A DNA stretch of 64,000 nt from a virus (Duplodnaviria > Caudoviricetes): positions 225 to 64,224 of the IMG/VR virus record IMGVR_UViG_3300037070_003657. One strand, written 5' to 3'. The notes under the pieces were generated by a model. That model ran no database searches and was not told where the DNA came from. It saw only the letters and a program-made list of their open reading frames with translations. The position numbers and the translations under genes were made by a program. This document shows, piece after piece, positions 1-9,609 of the stretch. Every line of letters begins with the position of its first letter. Position 1 is the first letter of the stretch.

Positions 1-57
1 GGGGATATGGCCGCCGAGCGTGTAAACATGGCTCAGATCGAGGATTCTGGAGGAGAC

Positions 58-300
58 ATGGCACGGCCACAGGGCGCAGCAGGGCACCGGACCGAGGTGG
101 TGGGCGTCAGGCTCACCGCCAAGGAGCGGCGGACCCTCATCACGGACCGCAAGGGGTCGCTGACGGAGTCGGCGTACGTGAGGTGGGTGCTGACGAGGGC
201 GGCGGACACCGATCCTCACTCGCGGGACCAGGTGGAGGTCACGAACTGGGCCGGAGACGTGCTCCTGACCTCCGACCAGATCGACTTCGACGACGAGTAG
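58..300 (+). CDS. ribbon-helix-helix (MobC/Arc-like) DNA-binding protein
   Basis: ATG at 58 after GGAGGAG; RTEVVGVRLTAKERRTL...TESAYVRWVL has the beta-alpha-alpha RHH pattern. Confidence 0.6.
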   Translation: MARPQGAAGHRTEVVGVRLTAKERRTLITDRKGSLTESAYVRWVLTRAADTDPHSRDQVEVTNWAGDVLLTSDQIDFDDE

Positions 301-303
301 CGC

Positions 304-338
304 TTGTCGTTATCGACAAACCTTGTCTGATGTGACAA
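304..338. promoter_or_regulatory. two tandem TTGTC-N6-GACAA inverted repeats (putative operator pair)
   Basis: TTGTC gttatc GACAA (304-319) and TTGTC tgatgt GACAA (323-338), between two RHH-like genes. Confidence 0.55.
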
Positions 339-348
339 GGTGGCCGAC

Positions 349-531
349 ATGGACGAGAAGAAGCCCAAGAAGGTGTACCTGGGCACCCACGTCACCCTCG
401 CGGGGAGGCAGTGGCTGGAGGACCTGGCCCACGAGCACCGGCTCTCGCTCTCGGAGGTGGCCCGCGTCTCCCTCGCGGTCGCCAAGAGGCACGAGCCCGA
501 GGTGCGCAACGCGCTGAAGGAGCGGATGTGA
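349..531 (+). CDS. ribbon-helix-helix (CopG-like) DNA-binding protein
   Basis: KKVYLGTHVT...WLEDLAHEHRLSLSEVARVSL RHH-like pattern; start could be GTG 340. Confidence 0.55.
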   Translation: MDEKKPKKVYLGTHVTLAGRQWLEDLAHEHRLSLSEVARVSLAVAKRHEPEVRNALKERM

Positions 532-858
532 GCATCAAGAGCGCACTCGACGAGATGTGGTGGTTCGGTGCCGCCGTCCTGGGGTTCCTGTGCATGATGC
601 TGGCGAGCCTCTTCCTCCTCGCGTGCTGCATCGTCATGGTGGCTGGCGTGAAGAACGCGCTGGAGATGCTCTCGTGATCCGGTGGCAGGAGATGCGAGAC
701 GCCGCCCACCTCGGGCAGGAGGTAGCCGAGCGTCAGACCCGGCCGAAGGTGCCGCCGGTCGAGAAACGCCGGTACTGGGCACCCGAACTCACCTGGTTCA
801 TGGTGGGTTACGCGCTGGGAGCCCTCATCGCTGGCACCCTGGTCTGGAACGCCCTCCG

Positions 859-1089
859 ATGAAGAGAGTGGAGATACCAGTGGCAGTCGAGATCACGATG
901 TACGCGGTGCCGCTCGACTCCGAGATTCCGGCCAGGGAGGTGGCGGTGGAGTGCTCGGTCTGCGGGCCGGTCACCATCACCCACCCCACCGAGACCGGTG
1001 AGGTGATCGGGGACCACCTGCGCGAGCACGGCTGCGACCTGAGCCAGGTCGTCTACGAGGAGAAGAACGAGGAGCGTCGAGAAGGATGA
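859..1089 (+). CDS. small Zn-binding hypothetical protein
   Basis: CSVCG...HLREH motif; ATGA overlaps at both ends. Confidence 0.55.
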   Translation: MKRVEIPVAVEITMYAVPLDSEIPAREVAVECSVCGPVTITHPTETGEVIGDHLREHGCDLSQVVYEEKNEERREG

Positions 1090-1394
1090 GCCTCTCCGAG
1101 GACGCGACGCGACAGGCCCGACCCCTGTTCCTGGGGGTGCCGCCGACCATCAAGAAGGTCGTGATGCCGGAGTCGCACTTCCTGGACGCCGCGTTCCTGC
1201 ACTACGCCGACTACTCGACCCTGATCCAGAAGTACGTCGGCCGTCAGCACCGGCTCTACCGGCTGGCGGAGGAACTCACCCTCCTCGCGGTGGCGGCGAG
1301 GTTCCCCTGGGTGATGCGGATGGCCTGGGACCGGGGCTACCGGGGTCCCTGGCAGATGGTCGAGAACATCTACCGGATGGAGAAGGACCTGTGA
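1086..1394 (+). CDS. hypothetical protein
   Basis: ATGA-coupled ORF with GC3-rich codon usage. Confidence 0.6.
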   Translation: MSLSEDATRQARPLFLGVPPTIKKVVMPESHFLDAAFLHYADYSTLIQKYVGRQHRLYRLAEELTLLAVAARFPWVMRMAWDRGYRGPWQMVENIYRMEKDL

Positions 1395-1515
1395 AGATCA
1401 GGCCCACCTGCTGCCCCGAGTGCAAGCAGGGCAAGCACCAGAACTGCGACGGCGAGGCGTGGTCCGAGGAGATCGACGGGCCGGTCCGCTGCGGATGCGC
1501 CGAGAGAGGACACCG

Positions 1516-1707
1516 ATGAGAGACCTGATCACCTACTACAAGGACAGCCAGGGGAAGTGGCGCTGGCGGGTCACCGCCCTGGAGAACGGCAAGGTCATCG
1601 GGATGTCCTCGGAGTCCTACGAGAACTACAACGACGCCGTCGCCAACATCCACCGCCTGGGCACCATCAACGAGCGAGAGTTCAGTGCCGAAGTCATCGA
1701 CACCTGA
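1516..1707 (+). CDS. YegP/DUF1508 family protein
   Basis: YYKDSQGKWRWRVTALENGKVIGMSSESYENYNDAVANI matches the YegP repeat signature; SD GAGGA. Confidence 0.75.
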   Translation: MRDLITYYKDSQGKWRWRVTALENGKVIGMSSESYENYNDAVANIHRLGTINEREFSAEVIDT

Positions 1708-1878
1708 GGTCTTCATCTGCTTCTGCGGGCCGGTGCCCATCGCCGGTCAGCCCGAGGACCACGCCTACTGCACCGAGTGCGACTGGGAGGCCAGAGGTGG
1801 GTACGCCGACCACCTGGGAACCCACCACCACCACGCCACGCAACACACCTGGAAACTCACCTGGGGAGGAAAGCCGGT

Positions 1879-2115
1879 ATGAAGTGCAGTTGCGGCAACG
1901 AGATCGTCAAGCCCGACCCCAGCCAGACCCTCACCGCAGCCGCTGGCTGGTGTATGCCGAGCGAGGCGTTCTACGAGTTGGACACTAGTTCAATGGAGTG
2001 CTCGGACTGCCGGAGTCGGCTGCTCATGATGATGACCATCGGCATCGACCCCGGACACAACGGGGAGAACCTGAAGGTGAAGCGCGGTGGCATTCGGTAC
2101 GAGCGGTCCGAGTAA
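1879..2115 (+). CDS. Cys-rich hypothetical protein
   Basis: SD GGAGGA; CSCG and CSDC motifs. Confidence 0.5.
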   Translation: MKCSCGNEIVKPDPSQTLTAAAGWCMPSEAFYELDTSSMECSDCRSRLLMMMTIGIDPGHNGENLKVKRGGIRYERSE

Positions 2116-2180
2116 GCCCTGGGGGGCGGGCCAGGCTGTGGCCCTCCTGATCGCAGTAGCCCAACAGCAGGAGGACGACC

Positions 2181-2372
2181 ATGACCGTGAAGAACCCCGT
2201 GATCTTCCAGTGCGCGATCTGCCCCGCGACCCTGGACACCGGGACCGCCAGTGAGGAGAAGGCCGGTCAGTTCGCCGCCAAGCAGCGCTGGGTGCTCGGC
2301 CTCCCTCACGGCAACGTCTGGTGCGAGCGGTGTTCCTGGCTCCGAGGCCCGTACTCCACCGGTACGGTGTAG
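2181..2372 (+). CDS. Zn-ribbon hypothetical protein
   Basis: SD AGGAGG; CAIC...W...CERC. Confidence 0.6.
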   Translation: MTVKNPVIFQCAICPATLDTGTASEEKAGQFAAKQRWVLGLPHGNVWCERCSWLRGPYSTGTV

Positions 2373-2374
2373 TC

Positions 2375-2896
2375 ATGGCAATGGCACAGGACTCCTCGGA
2401 CCCCACCGGGGTCAGGGACGACTCCGAGCGCGGCAACTCCGAGGTCTCCCGCGCCCGCGACCGCAAGGCCAACGCCGCCCTCGAACTGGCGATGGACAAC
2501 CACGCCTCCTGGATCGAGATCGCAGAGGTGCTCGGCTACCCCACCGCCCGTGCTGCCAAGGTCGCCGTCGAGCAGGCACTGGAGCGGAACCTCCAGGCCG
2601 GGGACCGCGACCACATGCGCCGGTACGCCGCCACCCGGATGGAGCGGATGCTGCGCTCCATCTGGAAGCGCACCATCGACGAGGAGGACCCCGACCAACT
2701 CGCCTTCATCCGTGAGGCCAGGGGCCTGATCGGGGACCAGGTGAAGTTGTGGGGCCTGGCGGCACCGTCCGAGGTCGTCATCTCCAACCCGTCCGCCAAC
2801 GAGATCGAGGCATGGGTGGCGCAGATTCACCAGGCCAGCACTCCCGCGCTGGAGGAGGCCGACATCTTCGACATCGACATTGTGGAGGACGAATGA
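2375..2896 (+). CDS. terS: terminase small subunit (HTH)
   Basis: HTH-like SWIEIAEVLGY, C-terminal KLWGLAAP; upstream of the large terminase. Confidence 0.7.
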   Translation: MAMAQDSSDPTGVRDDSERGNSEVSRARDRKANAALELAMDNHASWIEIAEVLGYPTARAAKVAVEQALERNLQAGDRDHMRRYAATRMERMLRSIWKRTIDEEDPDQLAFIREARGLIGDQVKLWGLAAPSEVVISNPSANEIEAWVAQIHQASTPALEEADIFDIDIVEDE

Positions 2897-2954
2897 CCGC
2901 CCTGATCGTGCTGCTCGTGATCGCCCTGATCATCTTCATCATCTGGAAGCACTG

Positions 2955-3233
2955 ATGCCGTTCCGCCTCGACGAGTTCCGGGCGAAGATTCAGTTCATCG
3001 CCCCGGCCCGGTTCCCCAGCCTGATCTACCGTGCGTGCCTCGCCACCGACACGGTCAGCAACACCCGGTACATCCAGGAAGCGGTGTGCACGCGACTCGC
3101 CCGAGACCTCGGGCTCGACGAGCAGGAACTCCTTGACTCCCTTCCCACTCCTCGTGGCTCGGCTGGCGTGCGCTTCGGTCCTGACCGCAAGCCGGTACCT
3201 GTGCCGTCACGCCCGAACGAAGAAGTGAAGTAG
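2955..3233 (+). CDS. hypothetical protein, possibly RHH-like
   Basis: KIQFIAP...LIYRAC...SNTRYIQEAV beta-alpha-alpha pattern. Confidence 0.5.
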   Translation: MPFRLDEFRAKIQFIAPARFPSLIYRACLATDTVSNTRYIQEAVCTRLARDLGLDEQELLDSLPTPRGSAGVRFGPDRKPVPVPSRPNEEVK

Positions 3234-3352
3234 GTCTACCATGTTCACATGGTCAAGGTTCGGTGGACGCAGAAGTGCGCTGGCGGTTGTGGGCTCACCC
3301 TCAACGTCGGCTCGCACGCGACCCGCCTGCACGGAGGGCTGTGGTGCCTCGA

Positions 3353-4780
3353 ATGCCTAGGACGACACCGCCTGACGTGCAAGGTCTTGACAACTACCGG
3401 TACTGGAAGCCCGAGGCCCAGGCCAAGGCCCTGAGGCTGCTCCAGCAGTCCGAGAACAAGAAGTGGCGACCCTTCTTCTGCCGCGACCCCAAGTGCTCGG
3501 GCGACCCCCACGACGAGTGGAAGTTCAACCACGCCCGCGCCGACCAGCGGCCCCCCCGGTGGACCAACGACTGGCTCACCCTGCTGCTGTCGGGGGGTCG
3601 TGGTAGCGGGAAGACCAGGACCGGCTCGGAGATCACCCACCGGGTCACCGACAAGGTGCCGCAGATCATCCTCATCGGGGCCACCACCGCAGCGCTGCGC
3701 GAGACCATGATCGAGGGACCGTCCGGAGTGCTGGCGACGGCGGCACCGGGCAAGCGCCCCGAGTGGGAGCCCTCCAAGAAGAAGTTGACCTGGCCCAACG
3801 GCTGCATCGGCCTGGGCTTCACAGCGGAGGAGCCCGACCGCCTTCGCGGCCCCGAGTCCGGCTACATCTGGGCCGACGAGCCCGCCCACTACGACTACGT
3901 CGAGGACGTGTGGTCGAACATGCAGTTCGGCCTGCGGGTGGTGGCGGAGATTCCGCCCAAGATCATCGCCACCTCCACCCCGCTGCCGATCAAGTGGATG
4001 CGCGACCTGGTCAAGATGGACGACACCATCGTCCGCAGGGTGTCCACCTACGCCAACCTCCAGAACCTGGCGCCGGTGTTCAAGAAGATGATCCTCGACA
4101 AGTACGAGGGCACCCGGCTCGGACGCCAGGAACTGCACGGCGAACTCCTCGAAGACGTGGAGGGCGCGCTGTGGAACTGGGACATGTTCCAGTGGATCGA
4201 GGAGGCCCCCGAGCAGCAGCGCATGATCGTCGCCATCGACCCGGCCGGTACCGCCAACAAGCGCTCCGACGAGACCGGCATCATCGTGGTCGGCGTCGGC
4301 CACGACCGGAACATCTACGTCTTCCACGACCTCTCCGGGAAGTACAGCCCGGAGGGGTGGGCGAGCAAGGCCAACCGTGAGTACGAGGAGGACGCCTGTG
4401 ACGCCATCGTCTACGAGAACACCTACGGCAAGGACATGGTCACCTTCACCCTCGAAAACTCGGGCTACAAGGGGGCTCGCCTCATCGGTGTCGACTCCCG
4501 CCGAGGTAAGGCGATTAGGGCCGAACCCGTTGTGGCTCTCTATGAGAAGCGCCGCGTGTTCCACGTTGGCAAGCAGGGTGACCTGTCCGACCTGGAGGAC
4601 GAACTCACCTCCTGGGTTCCTACTGGACGTTTCCCTTCCCCGAACCGACTGGACGCTCTCGTCCACGGCATCACCGAAGTAGCGAAGTTCGCCAGTCCGG
4701 CGTCCTTCGCAGACCCCACCACGATCCTCAGGGACTACGGTCACCTGGGGATCGTCCCACCGTTCGGAGACTACCTGTGA
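3353..4780 (+). CDS. terL: terminase large subunit
   Basis: Walker A GGRGSGKT, Walker B YIWADE, RLGRQELHGE, nuclease VAIDP...DETGIIV...NRLDA; exact start uncertain. Confidence 0.95.
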   Translation: MPRTTPPDVQGLDNYRYWKPEAQAKALRLLQQSENKKWRPFFCRDPKCSGDPHDEWKFNHARADQRPPRWTNDWLTLLLSGGRGSGKTRTGSEITHRVTDKVPQIILIGATTAALRETMIEGPSGVLATAAPGKRPEWEPSKKKLTWPNGCIGLGFTAEEPDRLRGPESGYIWADEPAHYDYVEDVWSNMQFGLRVVAEIPPKIIATSTPLPIKWMRDLVKMDDTIVRRVSTYANLQNLAPVFKKMILDKYEGTRLGRQELHGELLEDVEGALWNWDMFQWIEEAPEQQRMIVAIDPAGTANKRSDETGIIVVGVGHDRNIYVFHDLSGKYSPEGWASKANREYEEDACDAIVYENTYGKDMVTFTLENSGYKGARLIGVDSRRGKAIRAEPVVALYEKRRVFHVGKQGDLSDLEDELTSWVPTGRFPSPNRLDALVHGITEVAKFASPASFADPTTILRDYGHLGIVPPFGDYL

Positions 4781-5088
4781 GCACGTTCGAGTGGGTGGCC
4801 GTGGCAGTCGTCACGATCACCTCCGCCGCCCGCATCACCCGCCTCGTCACCTGGGACAAGTACCCGCCGGTGGCGTGGCTGCGGAGCAAGTGGCGGTCCC
4901 TCACCAAGGACGGTGAGTGGTCGATCATGCTGGAGTGTCCGTACTGCTTCTCGATGTACGTGGCCCCGGCTGTCCTACTCTGGGGGTGGTTCACAGAGTT
5001 CGACACGGTGTGGTGGCTGATCAACGGGTCACTCGGAGCGGCCTACCTGGCTGCGATCATGGTCCGGTTCGACGGCGACGACGACTGA
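4777..5088 (+). CDS. DUF1360-like membrane protein
   Basis: ARITRLVTWD...LECPYCFSMY with TM segments; lies between terminase and portal. Confidence 0.7.
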   Translation: MSTFEWVAVAVVTITSAARITRLVTWDKYPPVAWLRSKWRSLTKDGEWSIMLECPYCFSMYVAPAVLLWGWFTEFDTVWWLINGSLGAAYLAAIMVRFDGDDD

Positions 5089-5099
5089 CGGAGTAGGAC

Positions 5100-6920
5100 A
5101 TGGCAGGACGTACCCCGAGGAAGAAGACCGAGGCGGTCATCCCGACCAACGCGCTCGTCGCCTCCGCCACCCGCTACACGGGCAAGGCAGCCCGCATCTA
5201 CCAGGGCAACAAGGACTGGCAGAAGGAGGCGTACCGCCACTTCGCCATCTGCGGTGAGGCCCGCTTCGCCGCCAAGTTCTTCGGCCACGCCCTCTCACGG
5301 GCCACCCTCTCTCTCGTCACCCGCAAGGACGGTGAGAACGAGACGGTCACCAGCGGTGCCGGGTTCGACGCGCTGGAGGCCATGTTCGCCGGAGCCCAGG
5401 GCCAGCCCCAGATGCTCGAATCCATCGGCACCCACCTCACCATCGCCGGTGAGTGCTACATCGTCGGCCGGGAGTACCAGCCCGACGAGGAGTTCGAGGG
5501 CGACCCGCCCCTGGACGACACGATCTGGGAAGTCATCTCGATCATGGAGATGCACGTCCTGGGTGACAAGTGGACCATCAAGTACGGAAGCGTCCGGCAC
5601 AAGGACGTGACGCTGGGCGACGACGACGTGGTCATCCGGGTGTGGATTCCCAACCCGGAGAAGCGCCTGGAGGCCGAGTCACCGTTCCGCTCCCTGCTCC
5701 CGATCCTCTCCGAGATCGAGTGGCTCACCCGCCACGTCTTCGCCCAGGTCCAGTCCCGGCTCGCCGGTGCGGGCATCCTGTTCGTGGACCAGAACATGAC
5801 CTTCCCCGACCCGCCCGCCGTGCTCGACCAGGACGGTAACCCGGTGGCACTGCCCACCAACATGGCCGAGCGCCTGATGCTGGCCCTGGCCGACGCCATG
5901 ATGAAGCCGATCACCGACCCCAGCAACCCGAGCGCGGTCATCCCCATCGTGATCGCAGCGGACGGCGAGCACATCGACAAGAACAAGTTGATGCACTTCT
6001 GGTCCGACCTGGACGAGAACTCGATGGCGCTGCGCAACGAGGCCATCACCCGGTTCGCCCGAGGCATGGACCTCCCGCCCGAGCAGGTCCTCGGGATGTC
6101 GAGCAACGACGGCACCGGCGGCGGCAGCAGCAACGGCATCAGCCACTGGGGTCAGTGGCAGATCGAAGAGTCGACGATCAAGATGCACGTCGAGCCGATG
6201 CTCGAACTGGTCGTCAACGCCATCACCGTCACCTACATCCGCCCGGCCAACGAGGGTGCGAACGAGTTCGTCACCTACAACACCGAGGCGCTGCGGCTGC
6301 GGCCCGACCGGTCGCAGGAAGCCATCGTTCTCTACAACATGGGCCTCATCAAGGGTGAGGTCGTGGTGCAGGAGAACGGCTTCGAGAAGAAGGACATGAT
6401 GGACGACGAGGAGCGCCGGACGTGGCTCCTGGTCAAGATGGCCACCGGCTCCGCCACGCCCGAACAGGTGCAGGCGGCGCTGGGTATGTTGGGTGTAGAA
6501 CTGGACGTGGAGGTAGTGCCGGTCAACGGTCCCCCGTCGCCCCCGGCGCTACCTCCACCCCCCTCTCTGGAGGACCTCCCTTCCCCCAAGGACCCCCCGG
6601 AGAGGGCAGCCCTCATCGCCGCTTCGGACGCTCTCGTGTTCCGGGCTCTGGAGCGGGCGGGGAACCGGCTGCGACAGACTGTCGGCAAGCCCCCCGGAGT
6701 GCCGTCGTACGAGACGCACACCTTGGTCGCCGCGAACGGCACCGCCGACAGTCTGCTGGACGACGCCTGGTCCTGTGCGCCGCAGGTGCTGGAGGGGATC
6801 GCCAACCCCGACGACGTGATCCCCGTCCTCACCGCCTACTGCAAGACCCTCTTCGCCAGCCAGCAGCCGCACACCCGTGACCTCCTCACGGCCTGGCTGG
6901 AGCGCGGAGTCCCGGCATGA
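5100..6920 (+). CDS. portal protein
   Basis: 606 aa after terminase; SRLAGAGIL, LR.EAITRFARGMDLPPE..LG, HWGQWQIEE motifs of actinophage portals. Confidence 0.9.
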   Translation: MAGRTPRKKTEAVIPTNALVASATRYTGKAARIYQGNKDWQKEAYRHFAICGEARFAAKFFGHALSRATLSLVTRKDGENETVTSGAGFDALEAMFAGAQGQPQMLESIGTHLTIAGECYIVGREYQPDEEFEGDPPLDDTIWEVISIMEMHVLGDKWTIKYGSVRHKDVTLGDDDVVIRVWIPNPEKRLEAESPFRSLLPILSEIEWLTRHVFAQVQSRLAGAGILFVDQNMTFPDPPAVLDQDGNPVALPTNMAERLMLALADAMMKPITDPSNPSAVIPIVIAADGEHIDKNKLMHFWSDLDENSMALRNEAITRFARGMDLPPEQVLGMSSNDGTGGGSSNGISHWGQWQIEESTIKMHVEPMLELVVNAITVTYIRPANEGANEFVTYNTEALRLRPDRSQEAIVLYNMGLIKGEVVVQENGFEKKDMMDDEERRTWLLVKMATGSATPEQVQAALGMLGVELDVEVVPVNGPPSPPALPPPPSLEDLPSPKDPPERAALIAASDALVFRALERAGNRLRQTVGKPPGVPSYETHTLVAANGTADSLLDDAWSCAPQVLEGIANPDDVIPVLTAYCKTLFASQQPHTRDLLTAWLERGVPA

Positions 6921-9103
6921 TAGACCTCACCGCCGACAGGGCAGCCTTCGCCTCCAAGCGCCGCAAGTCGCAGACCGACCTGGAGGAGTTGCTGCTCCCG
7001 TTCGTCCAGGAGGCGGTGGACCCCGAGCAGGAGACCGGCGTCTGGCACGAACTCCTCGAAGCGGTCGAGGCGCTCTATGTCCGGCAGTACGCCGCCGAGG
7101 GTGGCGAGGGTGAGGCCCCGGTGCTGCGGCTGCGCGAGGTCAGGGAGACGCTCCAGAAGACCACGTTCCCCCGGAACGAGAAGCAGACCGAGGAGCGGCT
7201 CACCGTCTGGCTGGCCACCTACATCCTGAGCCAGGCGACCATCGCTGCCTCTGAGACCGACCCCGAGGACCTGTTCCTCGAATGGGTCACCATGCACGAC
7301 ACCTCGGTGAGGACTGCGCACCGGGACACGGATGGTCAGGTCCGTCCCATCGGGGTGTCGTTCGACGTGGACGGGTCGGAGATGCCGTTCCCCGGCTGGC
7401 CCGGCGCGCCCATCGAACTGTGGATCAACTGCCGATGCACGCTACGTCCTACGCTTGCCGAGGAATCGCTCACCGCAGGAGGAACTATGTCCGAGACCGA
7501 GACCGAGCAGGTGGAGGCCACTCCCGGTGCTGTCCCCTGGTACGGGGTGCTCGCGCCTGAGGGCATCCCCTCCGGCGACAAGCGGATGTTCGCCAACAAC
7601 GCGCTCCGCACCCGGCCGCTGCCGCTGCCGATGACCTGGCAGAAGTCGACCACCAGCGGTCACGACAACGCCAGCACCGTGGCCCGCATCGACCGCATCG
7701 TGCGGGTGCCGGTCGAGGACGGCTTCGAGGCGCGGGGCGTCGGGGTGTTCCTCACCAACCCCGAGGCTGACGAGGCCATCGGTCTCATCGCGGACTTCAG
7801 CCGGTACGGCGTGTCCATCGACGCCGACGACACCGCGTTCGAGTTGGACGAAGAGAACGAGATGGTCGTCTTCACCGACTCCCGTGTGGCCGGTGCCGCC
7901 ATCGTCGGCATCCCCGCCTTCCACCAGGCGTTCATCGCGCTGGGCGAGCCCCCCGAGGGCTTCATGGACGGCGAGGACCTGGCGTCCGAGGGCTCCAGCC
8001 TGATGGACGAGGAGGCGCTGGTCGCCGCCCTGTCGTTCGACCGCGCCGAGGTCTTCAAGGACCTGGCCCCCGGCAAGACCGAGGACGGTCCCGGCTGGCT
8101 CACCCACCCCGTCGACACCGACCGGCTGCGCGACTACTGGGTGCGCGGCGAGGGTGCCGCCAAGATCGGCTGGGGCACCGCCGGTGACTTCAACCGCTGC
8201 CGCCTGGCGGTCGCGGAGTACGTCAAGCCCCAGTACCTCAACGGCTACTGCGCCAACCGCCACTACGACGCCCTGGGCTTCTGGCCCGGCCGTCCGGTCA
8301 GCGGCGACGTGGACGTGTTCGCGGACCGCGAGGGCGACCCTGCCGAGGCGATCAGCCTGGTGGCCAGCAACGCCGACGAGATCGTCATGCCGCACGGGTG
8401 GTTCACGATGGAGGAGCCGGACGAGATCACCCACTTCACCGTCACCGAGGAGGGCCAGGTGTTCGGCCACGCCGCTGCGTGGAACGAGTGCCACGGCGCC
8501 TTCCTCGACACTTGCGTGCTGCCGCCGAAGTCGTACACCAACTACGCCTACTACAACACCGGCCACGTCCTCACCGACCAGGGAGTGGTGGCCACCGGCA
8601 GGATCACCGTCAGCGACTCCGACAAGCACGCCCCCGACCGGATGTCGATGCGTGCGGCCATCGACCACTACGACAAGACCGGCAGCGTGGTCGCGGACGT
8701 GGTGGCAGTGGACGGCAAGCACGGCATCTGGGTGTGCGGCGCGATCCGACCGACCGCTACCCCCGAGCAGGTCTACACCCTGCGCGCCAGCGACGTGTCC
8801 GGCGACTGGCGTCAGCCCGGCTGGGGCCAGGAGAAGGAACTGATCGCCATCAAGGCCGTCAACAAGGGCGGGTTCAACACGCCCCGCGTGGCTGCCGCGA
8901 TCCGCGACGGACAGGTCATCTCGCTGGTGGCGGCGGGCTACATCGCCCGTCCCCCGGAGCAGGAGCAGGCCAGGTTCGACAACGCCAGCATCGAGCGGAT
9001 GGCTGACCTCCTCGCGGAGCAGGTGGCCCAGGCGCTGGAGAACCGCAAGGCACGCAAGGCCCGGATGGAAGAACTGGCACTCGCCCTGGAGGGGAGCAAC
9101 TGA
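6917..9103 (+). CDS. MuF-like minor head protein / capsid maturation protease fusion
   Basis: MuF motif EWVTMHDTSVRTAH...INCRC; then LAPEGIPSGDKR, GVSIDADD, VSGDWR protease-region motifs. Confidence 0.85.
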   Translation: MIDLTADRAAFASKRRKSQTDLEELLLPFVQEAVDPEQETGVWHELLEAVEALYVRQYAAEGGEGEAPVLRLREVRETLQKTTFPRNEKQTEERLTVWLATYILSQATIAASETDPEDLFLEWVTMHDTSVRTAHRDTDGQVRPIGVSFDVDGSEMPFPGWPGAPIELWINCRCTLRPTLAEESLTAGGTMSETETEQVEATPGAVPWYGVLAPEGIPSGDKRMFANNALRTRPLPLPMTWQKSTTSGHDNASTVARIDRIVRVPVEDGFEARGVGVFLTNPEADEAIGLIADFSRYGVSIDADDTAFELDEENEMVVFTDSRVAGAAIVGIPAFHQAFIALGEPPEGFMDGEDLASEGSSLMDEEALVAALSFDRAEVFKDLAPGKTEDGPGWLTHPVDTDRLRDYWVRGEGAAKIGWGTAGDFNRCRLAVAEYVKPQYLNGYCANRHYDALGFWPGRPVSGDVDVFADREGDPAEAISLVASNADEIVMPHGWFTMEEPDEITHFTVTEEGQVFGHAAAWNECHGAFLDTCVLPPKSYTNYAYYNTGHVLTDQGVVATGRITVSDSDKHAPDRMSMRAAIDHYDKTGSVVADVVAVDGKHGIWVCGAIRPTATPEQVYTLRASDVSGDWRQPGWGQEKELIAIKAVNKGGFNTPRVAAAIRDGQVISLVAAGYIARPPEQEQARFDNASIERMADLLAEQVAQALENRKARKARMEELALALEGSN

Positions 9104-9261
9104 TGGGCTGCAACTGCGGAGGGACCACCAAGGCCCAGTCCTTCATCTACACCGACCCGAAGGGGAAGCAGACGGTGTACCGCACCGAGGTCGAGGCGCG
9201 TGCGGCACAGATCAGGGACGCCCGCGCTGGCAAGGGCCAGGGTTCCTACAAGGCGAAGTAG
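9103..9261 (+). CDS. small MGCNCG-type head-region protein
   Basis: TGATG-coupled 52 aa ORF MGCNCGGTTKAQ...; below the ORF-track cutoff. Confidence 0.7.
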   Translation: MGCNCGGTTKAQSFIYTDPKGKQTVYRTEVEARAAQIRDARAGKGQGSYKAK

Positions 9262-9275
9262 TTTATCCGGATAAA
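9262..9275. repeat. TTTATCCGGATAAA palindrome
   Basis: fills the gap between convergent stop codons at 9261 and 9277. Confidence 0.95.
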
Positions 9276-9276
9276 C

Positions 9277-9609
9277 TCAGGCGAGGTCGGGGTAGATCAC
9301 GACCTTGTTGTCCGCCCGGAACGTCTGCGGCCTGTTGCCCGGCCACATCGCCTCCACCTCGAAGGTGATGGTGCCGGGCGTCAGCGTGTCAGCGGTGATC
9401 CACGACATCTGCACCACGCCGTTGGGGTCACCGATCCCAGGCCGGTCGATGAACGTCGCCCCGTTCTTCCTGCCGATCACCCGGACGGCGGTGGCGAGGG
9501 TGAAGTCCACCGGACCCCTGATGTTCGTCAGCGGGTCTCTGGCGATGATGTCCAGCACCAAGTCGGGCTCCAGGTCGCCCGTGCGAAGTTCAAGGTTGCG
9601 TGTGATCAT
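9277..9609 (-). CDS. BppU N-terminal-like Ig-fold adaptor protein
   Basis: GDLEPDL...PVDFT...GVVQMSWITADTLTPGTITFEVEAMWP..PQTF pattern. Confidence 0.65.
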   Translation of the reverse strand: MITRNLELRTGDLEPDLVLDIIARDPLTNIRGPVDFTLATAVRVIGRKNGATFIDRPGIGDPNGVVQMSWITADTLTPGTITFEVEAMWPGNRPQTFRADNKVVIYPDLA

